Part shown: piece after piece, positions 37,912 through 49,412 of the stretch
How the letters are laid out: each line of letters starts with the position of its first letter
Numbering within the stretch: position 1 is the stretch's first letter
From: Mobula hypostoma
Taxonomy: Eukaryota
DNA: 64,000 nt
Direction of reading: 5' to 3'
Assembly: GCF_963921235.1 (NCBI RefSeq)
Contig: NC_086108.1
Coordinates: 39,806,001-39,870,000, forward strand
Notes under the pieces: generated by a model
The model's database searches: none
Told to the model about the DNA's origin: nothing
The model's input: only the letters and a program-made list of their open reading frames with translations
Program-made: the position numbers and the translations under genes

Positions 37912-39563
37912 AGAATCTGAATCAGGTTTAATATCACCGGTATATGTTGTGAAATTTGTTAACTTAGCGGCAGCAGTATACACTGCAATACATGATAAAT
38001 ATAGAAAAATATAAGTAAATCAATTACAGTATATATGTGTGTATATTAAATAGTTAAATTAAAAATACAGTCGGCCTTCCTTATCCGTAAATTCCATATG
38101 CACAAATTCAACCAACTGCGAAACGAGAAAACCCGGAAGTGCTCTTTCAGAACTTGTTTTTCGAACATGTACAGACTTTTTTTTCTTGTCATTATTCCCT
38201 AAACAATGCAGTATAACAACTATTTTACATAACATTTACATTGTATTAGGTATTATAAATAAACTAGAGATGATTTAAAGTATACGGGAGGATGTGCGTA
38301 GGTTATCGTGGATCAGGATCGAAAAAGAAACGGAAGTTCTCTTACTAAGTTGGAACAGGTACATCCGGTATTATTTAGCGTCAGTTAGTCAAACGTTTGT
38401 CTTAGTATATAGTACATATTTTATCTTTCTATGCATATAAAACACTTAAGAAACTATATGTTTCAGCGCCGGGCTCGGGAACGAAAATTCCCGAGTTCGA
38501 TCCAGTGAGAGATCGCTCCCGAGCACACTCTCCATCGGTGCTGGGTTGATGTGGAGGATCAAAAACCCAAAACCCAATAATTAAACCACTGCGTTGCTTA
38601 GTAATAATCGTAGCTTTAATCGGGCAGGGCCTTTCTCACTTCATCCTTTAAAATTGTTCAGATCGTTGACCGACTGTAGTCTACCGCTTTTCCAATGACC
38701 GATGGCGTTTCACCTCTTTCACCTCTTTCTGATCACTTCATTATTTCCACTTTATTTTAAATCGCGATCATGATTATTTTCATGAACAGAAACACTGCGG
38801 ATTCAGAGCTCCATCGCTGAGTCCTAATGTCCACCGCACCGACACAGGTTAAATAAGGCCCGGGGTTCCGCGGGGTCCTAAGGTCCACCGCACTTAGACA
38901 GGTTGAATAAGGGACTTGAGCATTCGCGTTTTTTGGTATCCACATGGAGTCCCGGAACCAATCCCTCGCAGATAAGGAGGGCCGACTGTAGTGCGAAAAC
39001 TTAAATAATGAGATGAGGGCATGAACTGGGTGATGGGGATCCTTAATAATGGACGCCTCCTTTTTAAGACACCGCATCTTAAAGATGTCTTGGATTATGG
39101 AGGCTAGTACCCAAGAAGGAGCTGACTAATTTTGCAACTTTCTGTAGCTTCTTTCAATCCTGTGCAGTAGAACCCCCTCCCCAATACCAAACAGTGATGC
39201 AGTTTGTCAGAATGCTCTCCATGGTACATCTGTAGAAGTTTTTGAGTGTTTTAGGTGACAAGCCAAATCTCCTCAAACTCCTAGTGAAATATAGCAGCTG
39301 TGTGCCGCCTTTATAGCTTCCAATATGTTGGGACCAGGTTAGATCCTCAGAGATCTTGACACCCAGGAACTTGAAATTGCTCACTCTTTCCTCTTCTGAT
39401 CCCTCTATGATGATTGGTTCGTGTTCCTTTGTCCTACCTTTTCTGAAGTCCACAATCTGCTCTTTGTTTTTACTGAAGTTGAGTGCAAGGTTGTTGCTGC
39501 GACACAATTCAGCTAGCTGATACACCTAGCTCCTGTATGACCTCTCATCTCCATCTGAGATTC
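37912..39563 (-). mobile_element. Rex1/Babar-type LINE 3' part inside the Gypsy element
   Basis: ORF 39154-39525 NNLALN..VDFRKG..FKFLGVKISEDLTWS; AATCTGAATCAG tail. Confidence 0.88.
38068..38988. mobile_element. Non-autonomous Tigger/pogo-like DNA transposon
   Basis: TIRs CAGTCGGCCTTCCTTATC and GATAAGGAGGGCCGACTG, with TA on both sides (38066-7, 38989-90). Confidence 0.9.
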
Positions 39564-39614
39564 AAAGTTGCTGGTGAACACAGCAGGCCAGGCAGCATCT
39601 CTAGGAAGAGGTAC

Positions 39615-39650
39615 AGTCGACGTTTCAGGCCGAGACCCTTCGTCAGGACT
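39615..39650 (-). ncRNA. Minimal type-I hammerhead ribozyme motif in a Penelope-like fragment (about 39564-39705)
   Basis: Minus strand AGUC-CUGACGA-AGG(GUCUCGG)CCU-GAAAC-GUC-GACU: full core, stem I AGUC/GACU, stem II AGG/CCU, palindromic ACGU stem III. Confidence 0.8.
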
Positions 39651-40379
39651 AACTAAAGGAAGAGCGAGTAAGAGATTTGAAAGTGGGAGGGGGAGGGGGA
39701 GATCAATAGCAAACAGATTAGTGCTCTTTTGAAACTGCAACTTGTCTGCCCAACATCCTTTTTGTTTGTGTCCTACTTGGTTACATTTTCTGCAAGGTTT
39801 GCCTTTAAACCTGTATGTGAGCCCCTGCCACAACAGTAACACAGTTTGTTTGGTCAGGCCATTACAATTTTATTCACACTCATTTTCATTCCTGACTGCA
39901 ACTCAATTGCTTCTCTCTCTGCAGTTTCCATTGACACAGCTATTTCAACTGCTCTTTTAAATGTAAAATGTGCTTCAGTTAGAAACCGTTTTTGAATATT
40001 TTTATGTAAAATTCCACAAATTAAACAAATTTCTCATTGCATTGTTAAGCCAATCACTGAACTGACAATGCTTAGACTATCACTTCAATTCAGCTATGGA
40101 CACTGAAATGGACTCCCCTTCCGTTTGATTCCACATATGTAACCTAAACAATTCTGCAATGAACAATGGCTTCATTTCTAAATGTTCCTGCATTACTTTC
40201 ACAATATCAGCAAAACTTATTTCTGCTGGTGTAGTTGCAGCAGTTAAACTTCAAGGCAAACTGTGTGCCTTTAAACCCAATGCACTCAGCAAAACTGGTA
40301 CTTGTTTCTAATTGGTTATTCCATTCGCTTTAAAATACTGTTCAATTCACTCCATATACAATATACATGTCAATTTTAT

Positions 40380-40990
40380 GATTATGAAGACACGTAGTCC
40401 CCTTTTATTGTCATTTAGTAATGCATGCATTAAGAAATGATACATTATTTCCTCTGGTGTGATATCACAAAACACAGGACAAACCAAGACTGAAAAAACT
40501 GACAAAACCACATAATTATAACATATAGTTACAACAGTGCACAATACCATAACTTGATGAAGAAGTCTGTGAGCACAGTAAAGTTCAAAGTTTCTCAAAT
40601 ATCCCACATCTCATGCAGACGGGAGAAGGAAGAAAAACTGTCCCTGCCATGTCGACCACAATCCGACTGAGTCGTCCGAAAACTTCGAGCTTCGATCAGC
40701 TCTCCGACACAAAGTACTGAGCGCCATCTCTGTCCGAGCAATTCGACCTCCTTCTCGGTTGCCAAAAGCAGGCAAGGCCGGGGATTTTGAGGCCTACCCT
40801 CCGAAAGGTTCATGACCACACAGTAACGACAGCAGCGAACGGGCTTTTCAGAAATTTCTCTAGATGTTCCTCTGTGCTTTCATGTTCATTCTCCATCAAA
40901 TCAGAATTGTCCATGGCCCCTATTTAACGGATACGATATCATTTTCACCGGAGAGCTGCGCAAGTGCGGCGCGCCGCCATCTTCTCCTCC
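40380..40990 (-). mobile_element. Non-autonomous LINE-like element, copy 2, inserted in gag
   Basis: Same 5' GGAGAAGATGGCGGCG start and same 3' region as 7349-8021. Confidence 0.7.
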
Positions 40991-42489
40991 CACATCCGAT
41001 ATAGCCAGCCATTTCTGCTTTTTGCATGATTATTATCACCCGGTTCGTATTGGTTATGAACCAGTGAATTCTTTCATTGTCCGGCTTTTTTAAACTTGAT
41101 CGTGTCTTCCCTTCTGAAGAGACGCATGTTGCACTGTTTTCATTAAAACAAAAGTGTCTCACTATGTCACCTCAAGTTTATTTTAAAAATATCTCATTGT
41201 CACTGTTTTATAACTGCAAAACGTTAAACTAATTCAAAGGAAAATACGAGAACCAGGTAATGCAAGTCTTAGTTTTACCTTACTTTAAGTGAGGTGTGCG
41301 CCTATCATGTGGCGATGTCATGACATATGAAATTCACGTATATTTACATATAACCTGTAATAAATTATTTAAACAAATGAAGACCTGCTTACTCAAATAA
41401 TATATTTACGATATTACTCAAATATTACTGAACTATTAAATACATAACATATTGTATCCAAGTTTGTACACTACACAAAGCTGAAAATGGGGGAATGTGA
41501 GCTCTGAGGAAGACAGAAAGAGGCTACATTATTATTTAGACAATTAGGGTGGAGTATGCAAATACACGGCAGATGCAGTTTGAAGTGAATAAATATTAGG
41601 TAGGTCATCCATTTTATTTTGAAATGAGAAATACAGGTTATTAGTAGAGGAGTGATAGATTAAGAAACAAGAAGGTACTGCAAGACCTAAAGATCTTACA
41701 GCATTTGATGAAAGTAAGTGTATAGATGCAGAAAGCTGTTAGGTATGTTACCCTTTATTATGAGAGGATTTGCACAAACGAGCAGTAATGCAGCTTACAG
41801 GCCTTGGTAAGATGTCATCAAGAGTTGTTTATAATTTTGGTCTCCTTACCTGTAGAACGTTTGCCATGGAGGGAGTGTAATCAAGGTTTTCTGGACTGAT
41901 GAACGAGGAGAGATTGAGTTCATTGGGTTTATATTCACTGAAGTTAAGAGAAGTGGGAGGTGGGATCACATTGTTACCTATAAACTTTAAACATGTCTAG
42001 ACTTGTCCAGGTGTCAGATCTTGAAGATGCTGGGTATATTTTTTTTCAGAACAGATCAGGGGAAATTTCTTCATCTGAAAGGTGATGAACCTGTGGAATT
42101 CTCTGCCACAGAAGGCAGTGGACACCAGGTTATTAAGTGTATTCAAGAAGGAGGTAGATATTTTTCTTAGTGCTAACTGGATTGACAGATGAAGGTAACA
42201 GGGTACTGAAGTGGATGAACAGCCATAATCATTTAAAATGGTAAACCAAGCCTGAAGCTGTTCTCTGCACCTACTTTCTATGTCAACATGAGTCTAGCAA
42301 ATATGCCCAGGGCTGCTATTTAATCAAAACAATATGACCTTAGTGAAAACAGAGTAAATATCCTATTGGTAGACAAGTAATCCCACATATCTATCCAGCT
42401 AAAACTCATAGGCATTTGGATGGGATAGAAAGAAACATACAACCTCTAAAAATGCTGCACAGGTTGTTGCTCCATATACCTCATATAAA

Positions 42490-42725
42490 AGACCTAAGGC
42501 ACTGTTTAAAGGAAAGCAAATAAGTTAACAGGTGTCTAAGTCAATATATATTCACCAATAAAGACAACTTGATTAGTTTATCTGGTCACTGTCACTAGTG
42601 TTGCAATGCAGTGTTCAAATTGGCTGTCGCCTTTTTTCTTCATGACAAGGTGCACACTTCAAAATTACTTCATTTTCTGGTAAAACATGTTGGGGAACCT
42701 CTGAACTTGTGACAAGCAATGTCAC
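42490..42725 (+). mobile_element. Ancient DeuSINE-like 3' remnant
   Basis: TTATCTGGTCA..CAAATTGGCTG..ACACTTCAAAATTACTTCATT resembles the SacSINE1/DeuSINE tail as recalled; unverified. Confidence 0.5.
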
Positions 42726-42799
42726 AATGTCACAAAACATGAGGTGTTTTTTGTCAGCACAATCCGAAATAAGAAATTTAAACACAAGATTCTGAATTA

Positions 42800-43182
42800 T
42801 CTCATTGAAACCTTTTGAATCTTGAAAGGGCTAGACAGAGTAGTTGTGGAAAGGATGTTTCCCATGGAGGGGGAGTCTAGGACAAGAGGGCACAGCTTCA
42901 GGATAGCGGGGCGCCAACCCAAAACAGATGTGGAGAAATTTCTTTTAGCCAGAGAGTGGTGAATGTGTGGAATTTGTTACCACAGGCAGCTATGGGGGCT
43001 GGTGTTGGGTGTACTTAAGGCAGAGCTTGATAGGTTCTTGATTGGACACAGCATCAAAGGTTATGGGAAGAAGACAAGGAAGTGGGGCTGAGGAGGGGGA
43101 AGAAAGGATCAGCTATGATTGAATGGCAGAGCAGACTCGATGGACCAAATGGCCTATTTCTGCGCCTATGTCTTATGGTCTT
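42800..43182 (+). mobile_element. CR1 3' end
   Basis: ILKGLDRV..GESRTRGHS..QRVVNVWNLLPQ; CTTATGG tail. Confidence 0.88.
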
Positions 43183-43187
43183 AATGG

Positions 43188-43512
43188 AGATAGAACATAG
43201 AGTAGTACAGCACAGTACAGGCCCTTCGGCCCACATTGTTGTGCCAACCCTCAAACCCTGCCTCCCATATAACCCCCCACCTTAAATTCCTCCATATACC
43301 TGTCTAGTAGTCTCTTAAATTTCACTAATGTATCTACCTCCACCACTGACTCAGGCAATGCATTCCACGCACCAACCACTCTCTTAAAAAACCTTCCTCT
43401 AATATCCCCCTTGAACTTCCCATCCCTTACCTTAAAGCCATGTCCCCTTGTATTGAGCAGTGGTGCCCTGAGGAAGAGGCGCTGGCTATCCACTCTATCT
43501 GTTCCTCTTAAG
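43188..43512 (-). mobile_element. CR1 3' end (same subfamily as 45636-46095)
   Basis: LRGTDRVDSQRLF..RVVGAWNALPESVVE. Confidence 0.9.
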
Positions 43513-44111
43513 ATGGTGCACAGGTTGTTGCTCCTGATGCTGGAAATCCAGAGCAACACACACAAAAAATGCTGGTGGAACTCTGCAGATTAGGTGTCAT
43601 CTATGGAAATGAATAAACAGTTGATGTTTCAGGTTGAGACGTTTAATTGGGACTGGGAAGAAAGGGGAAGAAGCCAAAATAAGAATGTTGGGCAAGGGAG
43701 TGGAAGAAGCATAAACTAGAAGGTGATAGGCGAAGCCAGATGGGTGGGAGAGGGGGGTACAAAGCAAGAAGCAAGGAAGCAATAGGTAGGACCATGGGAG
43801 AAAAGTAACGAGGAGGTGAACTGGAGGTGGGGGGTGGGGGAGGAGAAGTAATAAAAGGGGAGCCAGTGTGGGGAATTGAAGAAGAGAGAAGGGGGGGTGT
43901 GGAGGATTATTAGAAGTTGGAGAAATCTATGTTCATGCCATCAGGTTGGAAACTACCGAGATGTAATATGAAATATTCCTCCTTCAACCTGAGAGTGGCC
44001 TCAAGATGGCAGTAGAGGAGGTCATTGGTGGAGGAAGGGAAACCTTGTTCTTTCAAGATGGAGGACACCTCTGATGTTCTGGAAAGAAAAGCCTCATCTT
44101 GAATTTGGATA

Positions 44112-45419
44112 GTAGTGGCAGGATAGGTCCGATTCAGCATGGATTTATGAAGGGGAAATCATGCTTGACTAATCTTCTGGAATTTTTTGAGAATGTAACT
44201 ATGAAAACGGACATGGGGAAGCCAGTGGATGTAGTGTACCTGGACTTTCAGAAAGCCTTTGATAAGGTCCCACATAGGAGGTTAGTGTGCAAAATTAGAG
44301 TAAATGGTATTGGGGGTAGGATACTGACATGGATAGAAAATTGGTTGGTAGACAGGAAACAAAGATTAATGGGTCCTTTTCAGAATGGCAAGCAGTGACT
44401 AGTGGGGTACCGCAAGGCTCGGTGCTGGGACCGCAGCTATTTACAATATACATTAATGATTTAGATGAAGGGATTAAAAGTAACATTAGCAAATTTGCAG
44501 ATGACACAGAGCTGGGTGGCAGTGTGAAATGTGAGGAGGATGTTATGAGAATGCAGGGTGACTTGGACAGGTTGGATGAGTGGTCAAATGCATGGCAGAT
44601 GCAGTTCAATGTGGATAAATGTGAGGTTATCCACTTTGGTGGCAAGAACAGGAAGGCAGATTACTATCTGAATGGTGTCAAGTTAGGAAAAGGGGAAGTA
44701 CAACAAGATCTAGGTGTCCTTGTTCATCAGTCACTGAAAGTAAGCATGCAGGTACAGCAGGCAATGAAGAAAGCTAATGGCATGTTGGCCTTCATAACAA
44801 GGGAAGTTGAGTATAGGAGCAAAGAGGTCCTTCTGCAGTTGTACAGGGCCCTGGTGAGACCACACCTGGAATATTGTGTACAGTTTTGGTCTCCAAATTT
44901 GAGGAAGGACATTCTAGCTATTGAGCGAGTACAGCGTAGGTTCACGAGGTTAATTCTCGGGATGGCGGGACTGTCATACGTTGAAAGATTGGAGCAACTG
45001 AGGTTGTATACACTGGAATTTAGAAGGATGAGAGGGGATCTGATTGAAACATAAGATTATTAAGGGATTAGACACGCTAGAGGCTGGAAACATGTTCCCA
45101 ATGTTGGGTAAGTCCAGAACCAGAGGCACAGTTTAAGAATATGGGGTAGACAATTTAGAACGGAGTTGAGGAAAAACTTTTTCACACAGAGAGTTGTGGT
45201 TCTGTGGAATGCTCTGCCTCAGAAGGCAGTGGAGGCCAATTCTCTGGATTCTATCAAAAAAGAGTTAGATAGAGCTCTTAAAGATAGCGGAGTGAAGGGC
45301 TATGGGGAGAAGGCAGGAAAAGGGTGCTGATTGTGGATGATCAGCCATGATCACAGTGAATGGTGGTGCTGGCTCGAAGGGCTGAATGGCCTACTCCTGC
45401 ACCTATTGTCTGTTGTCTA
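44112..45419 (+). mobile_element. CR1, 5'-truncated
   Basis: QHGFMKGKSCLTNLLEFF, SGVPQGSVLGP, SKFADDT; CTATTGT tail. Confidence 0.95.
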
Positions 45420-45635
45420 AATCAGATGTGGTGGAACCAAAGGAACTAAAAAAGGAATGGCATTTTTACATGAAACAGGGTGGGAAGACATATAGTCAAT
45501 ATAGCAATGGAAATCAGTGGTTTATAAAATATATCATTAGGCACTTTATCTCCAGAGATTGAGAGAAGAGAGAGAGAGGTGTCAGAAATGGACCAACTGA
45601 ATTTAAGGGCAGGTTGGAAGCTGAAGACAAATTTG

Positions 45636-46095
45636 ATAGATTTACCAGGATGCTGCCTTGTTTAGAGAATATGCATTATGATCAGAGATTAAGGGAGCTA
45701 GGGCTTTACTCTTTGGAGAGAAGGAGGATGAGAGGAGACATGATAGAGGTATACAAGATATTAAGAGGAATAGATAGAGTGGCTAGGCAGCGCCTGTTCC
45801 CCAGGGCACCACTGCTCAATACAAGGGGACGTGGCTTTAAGGTAAGGGGTGGGAAGTTCAACAGGGATATTAGAGGAAGGTTTTTTACTCAGAGAGTGGT
45901 TGGTGCGTGGAATACCCTGCCTGAGTCAGTGGTGGAGGTAGGTATACTAGTGAAATTTAAGAGACTACTAGACAGGTATATAGAGGAATTTAAGGTGGGG
46001 GGGATTATATGGGAGGCAGGGTTTGAAGGTCGGCACAACAATGTGGGCCGAAGGGCCTGTACTGTGCTGTACTATTCTATGTTCTATGTTCTATG
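45636..46095 (+). mobile_element. CR1 3' end
   Basis: RFTRMLP..LGLYSLERRRMRGD; (TTCTATG)n tail. Confidence 0.92.
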
Positions 46096-48154
46096 ATGAG
46101 CTCAGCATGGATGCATGAAGCAGCACCAATGCAGTCATCAAGTAGAGTTTGGGAGTATTACCAGTGAAGGCTTGGAACATGGATTTCTTCACGTAGCTAG
46201 TGAAAAGGCAAGCATAACTGGGGCCATGTGTGTGCCCATGCTACACCTTGAATTTGGAGAAAGTGGGGGGAAACAAAACAGAAATTGTTGACTGCAAGAA
46301 CTGGTTCTGCCAGATGGAGGTGTTGTTGGTGGAGGGAAGTTATTTGGGTCTGTTTCTGATAGAGAAGCAGAGAGCTTCAAAGCAGTCTTGATGGTGGATG
46401 GAAGTGTACAGGGACTGGACTTCCGTGGTGAAAATGAGGTGGTCAGGGCGAAGGAATTGAAAGTTGTTGTGATCGAGAACATGTGAAGTGTCACCAATGT
46501 TGGTGAGAATAGACTGAACCAAGGGGGATAAAGTGGAGTTGAGGTATGCAGACATGAGTTCAGTGAGGCAGGAGCAAGCAGAAACAACCTGGATACTTGC
46601 TTTTGTGGATCTTGGGTAGACGGTAGAAATGAGCAGTGCAGGGTAAGGAAACAATGAGGTTGGTGGCATTTAATGGGAGATCTCCAGAGTTGATGAGGTT
46701 GTCTTTGGCACCATCATCAATGTCCTGATGGTCATGAGTAGGGTCCATTTCAAGGGCTAAGGAAGAGGAGGTGTCTGAGAGTTGCCTCCTGGCCTTAGGA
46801 AGGTAGAATTCAGTCCACCAGACCTTACAGTGCTGCCTTTGTCTGTGTGTTTGATGGTGAGGTGGAATTGGTGTGGAGAGAGTAGGGTGCTTTCAGATGG
46901 TGTGAGGTTCGAAGAGGAGAAGAGAGTGCTGAATTCAACACAGTTGATGTCTTATTAACAATTGGAGATGAAAATATCCAGAGCAGGCAGAGAACCAGAG
47001 CAGGGTGTCTAAGAAGAGGAGGAGGGTTGGAGACTGGAAATGCAGTTATTGGTGTTGAATGGGGAATCCTTGCTGTTGATGGAGGTGACAGAAAGAGAGC
47101 TTGGTGTCATCATGGGCATGGAACTCATTGATGCATGGGCAAAAGAAAACAAAAGTGAGACCTTTGAGGTCAGTGCATTCAGCCTCAGACAAGGGAAGTT
47201 CAGAGGGAATGGTGAAGACTCACTAGGGATAAGAACTGGGATCAGAGGGGAGAAGGGAATTGGTGGAATCAGAGGAGGGGGAGGATTGGGATATTTATGA
47301 AGTTAGGATGGGATGGCATCTATTTCCATAGGTGCTGCCTGACCTGAGTTCCTCTGGCATTTTGTGTGTGTTGTAAGGAATTACATTTTCTGCTAATAAC
47401 TGGATATATAAAATGTCTGAAATTTGGCCAAGACCATCATGTTTAATTAGTCCGTTACATTATTTTTATTGCAAGACTATGTGAAGGCTTTCAATAAACC
47501 TTCACCTGATTAGGTAGCAAATTTAATCCCAGTACGTGAGTAATTTATGGTTTCTGTGCCACATTTTAAGTTGAAAACTTTCTGTTGTGTCGTAGATTTT
47601 CTTTTTTTATTATGGAGCTTTTTCTAAGAAGACTTGTCCTTGGACAAGTGCAGTGAATGCACAATATGAAATGAAATACTTATAATGCTGGACATTTGGC
47701 AAGGTTCTTAAAGTGCTTGTTGATGAATACATTAGAAATATTGTTAAACTCAGCCTGTTACGTTTCCTGTTATTGGGCTTTTAAATATATGTTTATTTCC
47801 AAAAGTATTTTGCTAATAAGTACAGTGATTATCTTTTTTAGTTTTTTATCCTTGATTTACTGCTACTGTTACAGGATGTTGCTTAGCTTTTGTCACATAG
47901 AGCCAATTGAGCAGTTTGCCAGTTTCTGGGTGTCAAAAGCTTCCTGTCACTTTTAAAATGTTTGGGTGGAATTTATTTTGCCAAGTCATGAAAAATCTGT
48001 TTAGCATAATTTGCTACTTAACAGTAATTTGCACTTTACGTAATGTCCAGTATTTCAACATCTTTGTGGTATGATATTTAATTATATGATTATTTAAAAT
48101 AGCTTATTTTATGAAGTAGCATCCTGGAACATCTGCACAGTGAAGATTGATACT

Positions 48155-49412
48155 TCAAGATTGTCTTTATTGACTACAGCTTGGCATTCAATGCTATCAT
48201 CCCCTCAAAACTAATCAATTAGCTCCATGACCTCGGCCTCAATACACCCTCTGCAACTGGATCCTCAATTTCCAAACTTGCAGACCCCAGTCAGTTCGTA
48301 TTGGCATCATCTTCTCCACAATCTCCATAATATCCATCAACCCAGGTACACCACAAGGCTGTATGCTTAACTGCCTGCTTTGCACTCACTTTATACTTAT
48401 GACTGTGAGGCTAAATACTGTTCCAATGCCATATTTACTTTTGCTGTTGACACCACTGTCACTGGCTGAATCAGAGGAGGTGACGAATTATCATATAGGA
48501 GGAATATTTCAGATCTGGCTGAGTGGTGCCACATGAATAAATTCGCACTCAATATCAGGAAGACTAAGGAGCTGATTATTGATTTCAGGAGGAGGAAACC
48601 AGAGATCTTTGAACCAGTCGTCATTGGGGGAATCATAGATGGAGAGGATCGCCAACTTCAAATTCCTCGGTGTTATCATTTTAGAGAATCTGTCCTGGGT
48701 GTGGCATTTAAGTGCCATTACAAAGAAAGCACGGCAGTGCCTCTACTTTATTGGAAGTTTGCAAAGATTCGGCATATCATCTAAATCTTTGACAAACTTC
48801 TGTAGTTGTGCAGCAGAGAATATATTGACTGGTGGCATCATGGCCTGGTATGGAAACCTTGATTAGAAAATCCTACAAAAAGTCATGGATACAGCCCAGT
48901 CCATTGTGGATAAAGCCCTCAGCACCTCTGCATGGAATGCTGTTGCAGTAAAGCAGTATTACATCGTCAAGGACCCCCACCATCCCCGTCATGCTCTCTC
49001 TTTGTTGCCGCCATCAGGAAAAAGGTACAGGAGCTTCAGGACACACACTACCAGGTTCAGGAACTGTTATTACCCCGCAACCATCAGGGTCTTGAACCAG
49101 AGGGGATAACTTCACTTGCCCCATCACCAAACTGCTCCTACAATGTGTGGACTCACTTTCAAGGACTCTACAAAATCATTATCTCATTATTTATTGTTTA
49201 TTTATTACTGTTATTTTGTAATTTTTTTCCTAATTTTATAATTGCAGTTTTTTGTCTTTTGCACATAGGTTATTGTCCATCCTATTGGGGCTGTCTTTCA
49301 TTGATTCAGTTGTGTTTCTTGTATTTACTATGAATGCCCACAAGAAAGTGAATCTCAGGGTTGCATATGATTATGTATATGAACTTTGATAATAAGTTTA
49401 CTTTGAACTTCG
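48155..49412 (+). mobile_element. Rex1/Babar-type LINE
   Basis: FIDYSLAFNAIIP, CNWIL, KTKELIIDFRR, PPSGKRYRS; TTTGAAC tail. Confidence 0.9.

Larger units (their letters stand above)
37735..41449 (-). mobile_element. Deleted Gypsy LTR retrotransposon (gag only), with nested insertions
   Basis: Two related LTRs (about 37735-37912, truncated; about 41204-41449); 5-bp TSD TATTG (37730-4, 41450-4); gag remnants IEQYFKANGI, VLLSALG and CCHC knuckle CRKCNQVGHKQKGC. Confidence 0.85.
37415..42283 (+). mobile_element. Old CR1 split by the Gypsy insertion (pieces 37415-37734 and 41450-42283)
   Basis: EETKC|IVSKF..TKL reads across the TSD; downstream NFWSPY and VMNLWNSLPQKAV. Confidence 0.75.
42780..47373 (-). 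mobile_element. Penelope-like element with inverted terminal copies, interrupted by four CR1 fragments
   Basis: RT motifs TAHFYRLPKIHK, EVQSLYTSI, MGTHMAP; C-terminus EEYFILHLGSFQPDGMNIDFSNF; end motif at 42780/43536 is inverted relative to 47325-47373. Confidence 0.85.
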
